Source: Ascidiella aspersa
Lineage: Eukaryota
NCBI GenBank assembly: GCA_963924565.1
Contig: OZ004615.1
Coordinates: 18,290,001-18,354,000, forward strand
Direction of reading: 5' to 3'
DNA length: 64,000 nucleotides
The translations under genes were made by a program, and so were the position numbers. The first letter of the stretch is position 1. Every line of letters starts with the position of its first letter. Below the pieces are notes generated by a model. The model saw only the letters and a program-made list of their open reading frames with translations, was not told where the DNA came from and made no database searches. Of this stretch, positions 61,399-64,000 are shown one piece after another.

Positions 61399-63662
61399 CT
61401 TTTGAGCTTTAATTCTTTGACTTTTCTTAGTCTAACCTCAGCAGAATTATCTAACAACCTATCTTCATAACTGGTAACTGCATAAAATACGTTGTATGCG
61501 CCATTGTAGCAACAAGCATACGAAAACACGATGCAACAACGCAGTAGTTGCGTGTAAAACGAATTTTACAACATACAAAACCTTTTATTATCTTAGGTCG
61601 ATTTAGGTAGAGTGGTGTTTGCGCAAATACATATTAGGGTACTTAAAATATCAAAAATGGATACAGTTTTAACTCAAGGGCGCAAAAAGCAAGGATGTAG
61701 CCAGTACCAAACAAACTGTGCTGTTCAGACCGAGCTATGACAAAAGGAAACGAAGCTATGTGTTCCTCTGAACATAAAGAATACAAAACATGTACGCCGT
61801 GTCAAAAAACTGTTATTTAAACAATTATTGTTTAAACAATTTATATAATTTAAATACAATCTATCTAAATCAAAATTATATTATAATAACAAAATTTTAT
61901 CTATTTTCATACGTCCTAAGTGCAAAATACAAAATAGTTAGGAAGTATACGAGTACGATAATAATTTTGATGCGCCCTACAGCTTGGTTGCCATTGATTT
62001 TCTTTTTTCTCAGTCAGCCGAACAGCTGACGCGAATGGTCACGTGATGCCGTTACGTCAAAAGCATAACAAAGCTGCGCAGTGCGTAACATAGCCTGTGC
62101 GTAAATTGGCCATACGTTACAAAAAAACGACGTATTATGTTTTTTTTACTTGTTATGACAGGTTTAACGACATTTTGTGTCACTAGTTCATAAAAATACG
62201 TGGAAAACCCTAAATTTATAACTTGCTAGAAAAACATCGATCTGGTTAGCACGATACCCTTGGATACCAGACTAGTCCTTGTTTTTTTACATAAATGACG
62301 AACAAAATGCGAAGAGTATTGTTCATCATGCCACAATAAATTAAGATTTCGCTTATCCTTGTCACGGAAGTGCTTTTTTTGTAATAGCTATAAAGACCCT
62401 TCTTGTTGGCGCTGTGATAAAAAAACGTAACAAACGCATTACGTTAATGTAGAGTACCTTTTTACAACAAAGCACCTCGTAAAAACAGATACCTTATTTG
62501 ACCTTGTGCGCGCATGAATTTGCATCGCCACAACGCATTGCGTTTTGTTTCAGCTCTCGCAATGAGTGGACGAATACCTATGACCTCTTTTATGTTGAAT
62601 CGATTAGGCATTATCTCAGTTAAGTCAAATTTACCGTCCAGTCAATATTGAAGTTTGGTAGATTTGCTTTGCAAATCGCTCTTCAGCACTATCAGTGGAC
62701 AAAAAGGGGTGATGATCAAATCTTCTAAATTTAACCTTTTATCTAGATTGTTACAAATAGTCTTAAGTTTCAAGTAAAGGTAACAAAATCGTTAGCTCTA
62801 AAAATGTAGAGGGAGGTATGGTAAAACAAAAAACGTGTATCTTTTATAAAGTCACTTTAATCCAATTCCTTATTTTCCCTTAATTAGGAAATCGTACTTG
62901 GTCATGTTTGGAAACTTGAATCTAACAATTTTGAGAAATAAGTAACACTCACAGAAGTGCAGTTGACCAATTCAATTGGCGAAACGATTACCAATTTCTT
63001 TCGCACACAGTAGCACTCTGATTAAGCAAGTTAGTAAAAAACGTAACACGAGAAGGATACAAGTAAAATTAAGGCCATGTACTCGAAAAGAGGCGATGTA
63101 GGTATTTACGGCATAAGGTTGATCACAAATAACGCACTTTTGTAGTTATATCTTTATTGCGTTGTTTTGAAGTTACCATTGAAATTCGACACAAAACCCT
63201 TTAAATAAAGAAATGTCAAGTTAATATACCACATTTTAAGAAAATCATATATTTTATGCCACAAAACGTGTATACCAGTGTTTCTATTATTTATTGGCAG
63301 TAATCTTTCGAGTAATGTTACTTGAACAATTATATTACCTAAAGTTGAACTTTGGACTACAGGAACTGAGAAATATAACAAACAGACAATACATAATTTA
63401 GCACATTGGGCACCCTTTATCAGACAACATACAACCAGAAATCGAGAAACGTTTAGTGTGTATAAATATATGAAGTTCATAAAAGCAACACGTAGAATAT
63501 CCGCTAAAACAACAACTATGACCTCACAGAATAATATAGTATATTAGTTACACAGGGGTATTTTATCACCAATACAAACTTTGAGAAACAAGAAAATACA
63601 ACAAACTTTGAAATTATAAATATTTAAAATCTTTAAACCTAAATGCATAGAAGACACACACT

Positions 63663-63923
63663 TCAAGATTTCACCATCAGAGCTTTCATCCAAACTTTTA
63701 TAGCAAATGGTATAGCCATTCTTGAAGGCTTCAGTTGAATTGTTTGTGAAGATTTGCGCGCAAGTTGCGTTGGTTCATTGGAAACCTCGGTATCTGCATT
63801 GGCACTTTCTTTTGCAGTTCTCCTTTTCTCAAGGAGCCTCTGAAAAGTGTCAACTATTGCGCGTATGCACTCCGGGTAATGCACTAGAACACCTTCGATA
63901 TGGCCACCATCAAACTCTCGTAT
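63663..63923 (-). CDS. ABHD18: 3'-terminal coding exon of an ABHD18-like alpha/beta hydrolase; rest of gene lies beyond the window
   Basis: Acceptor AG at 63925-63924. Translation IREFDGGHIEGVLVHYPECIRAIVDTFQR resembles, from memory, the ABHD18 C-terminus (catalytic-His GGH motif followed by AI.D.F.R), with an extra C-terminal extension. Confidence 0.65.
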   Translation of the reverse strand: MREFDGGHIEGVLVHYPECIRAIVDTFQRLLEKRRTAKESANADTEVSNEPTQLARKSSQTIQLKPSRMAIPFAIKVWMKALMVKS

Positions 63924-64000
63924 CTGTTAAACAATGTTTGTAGTTTAATAAAACATTTGCAGCATTAAAGCAAACAGAAATATTTACATTTCAACACACC

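Overview
Eukaryotic, intron-rich, AT-rich genomic DNA. Compact introns, many small hAT-type MITEs and patchy CpG content suggest an invertebrate chordate or deuterostome (ascidian-like); the organism is an inference. Seven protein-coding genes were reconstructed by hand from splice sites and reading phase. (1) A ~20-exon SynGAP/DAB2IP/RASAL2-family RasGAP (+, 3303-24180). (2) A torsin activator LAP1/LULL1 (TOR1AIP) homologue (-, 27634-29297). (3) A WSC-domain sulfotransferase, WSCD-like (+, 30901-37171). (4) An intronless DDX18/Has1 helicase (-, 37895-39694). (5) DNTTIP2/Fcf2 (+, 41137-45256). (6) A signal-peptide-less 5'-nucleotidase-family metallophosphoesterase with two probable N-termini (-, 46220-57811 or 61398). 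(7) The last exon of an ABHD18-like hydrolase (-, 63663-63923). The most striking object is a 1.94-kb foldback-like element (41247-43189, 8-bp TSD AAAGAAAG) inside the first coding exon of DNTTIP2. Its ends offer phase-compatible splice sites, so it may behave as an intron-generating ('introner'-like) insertion. Also present: nested DNA transposons in a WSCD intron, several hAT MITEs with 8-bp TSDs, two GC-AG introns and candidate alternative exons. No rRNA, tRNA or CRISPR array was recognised.
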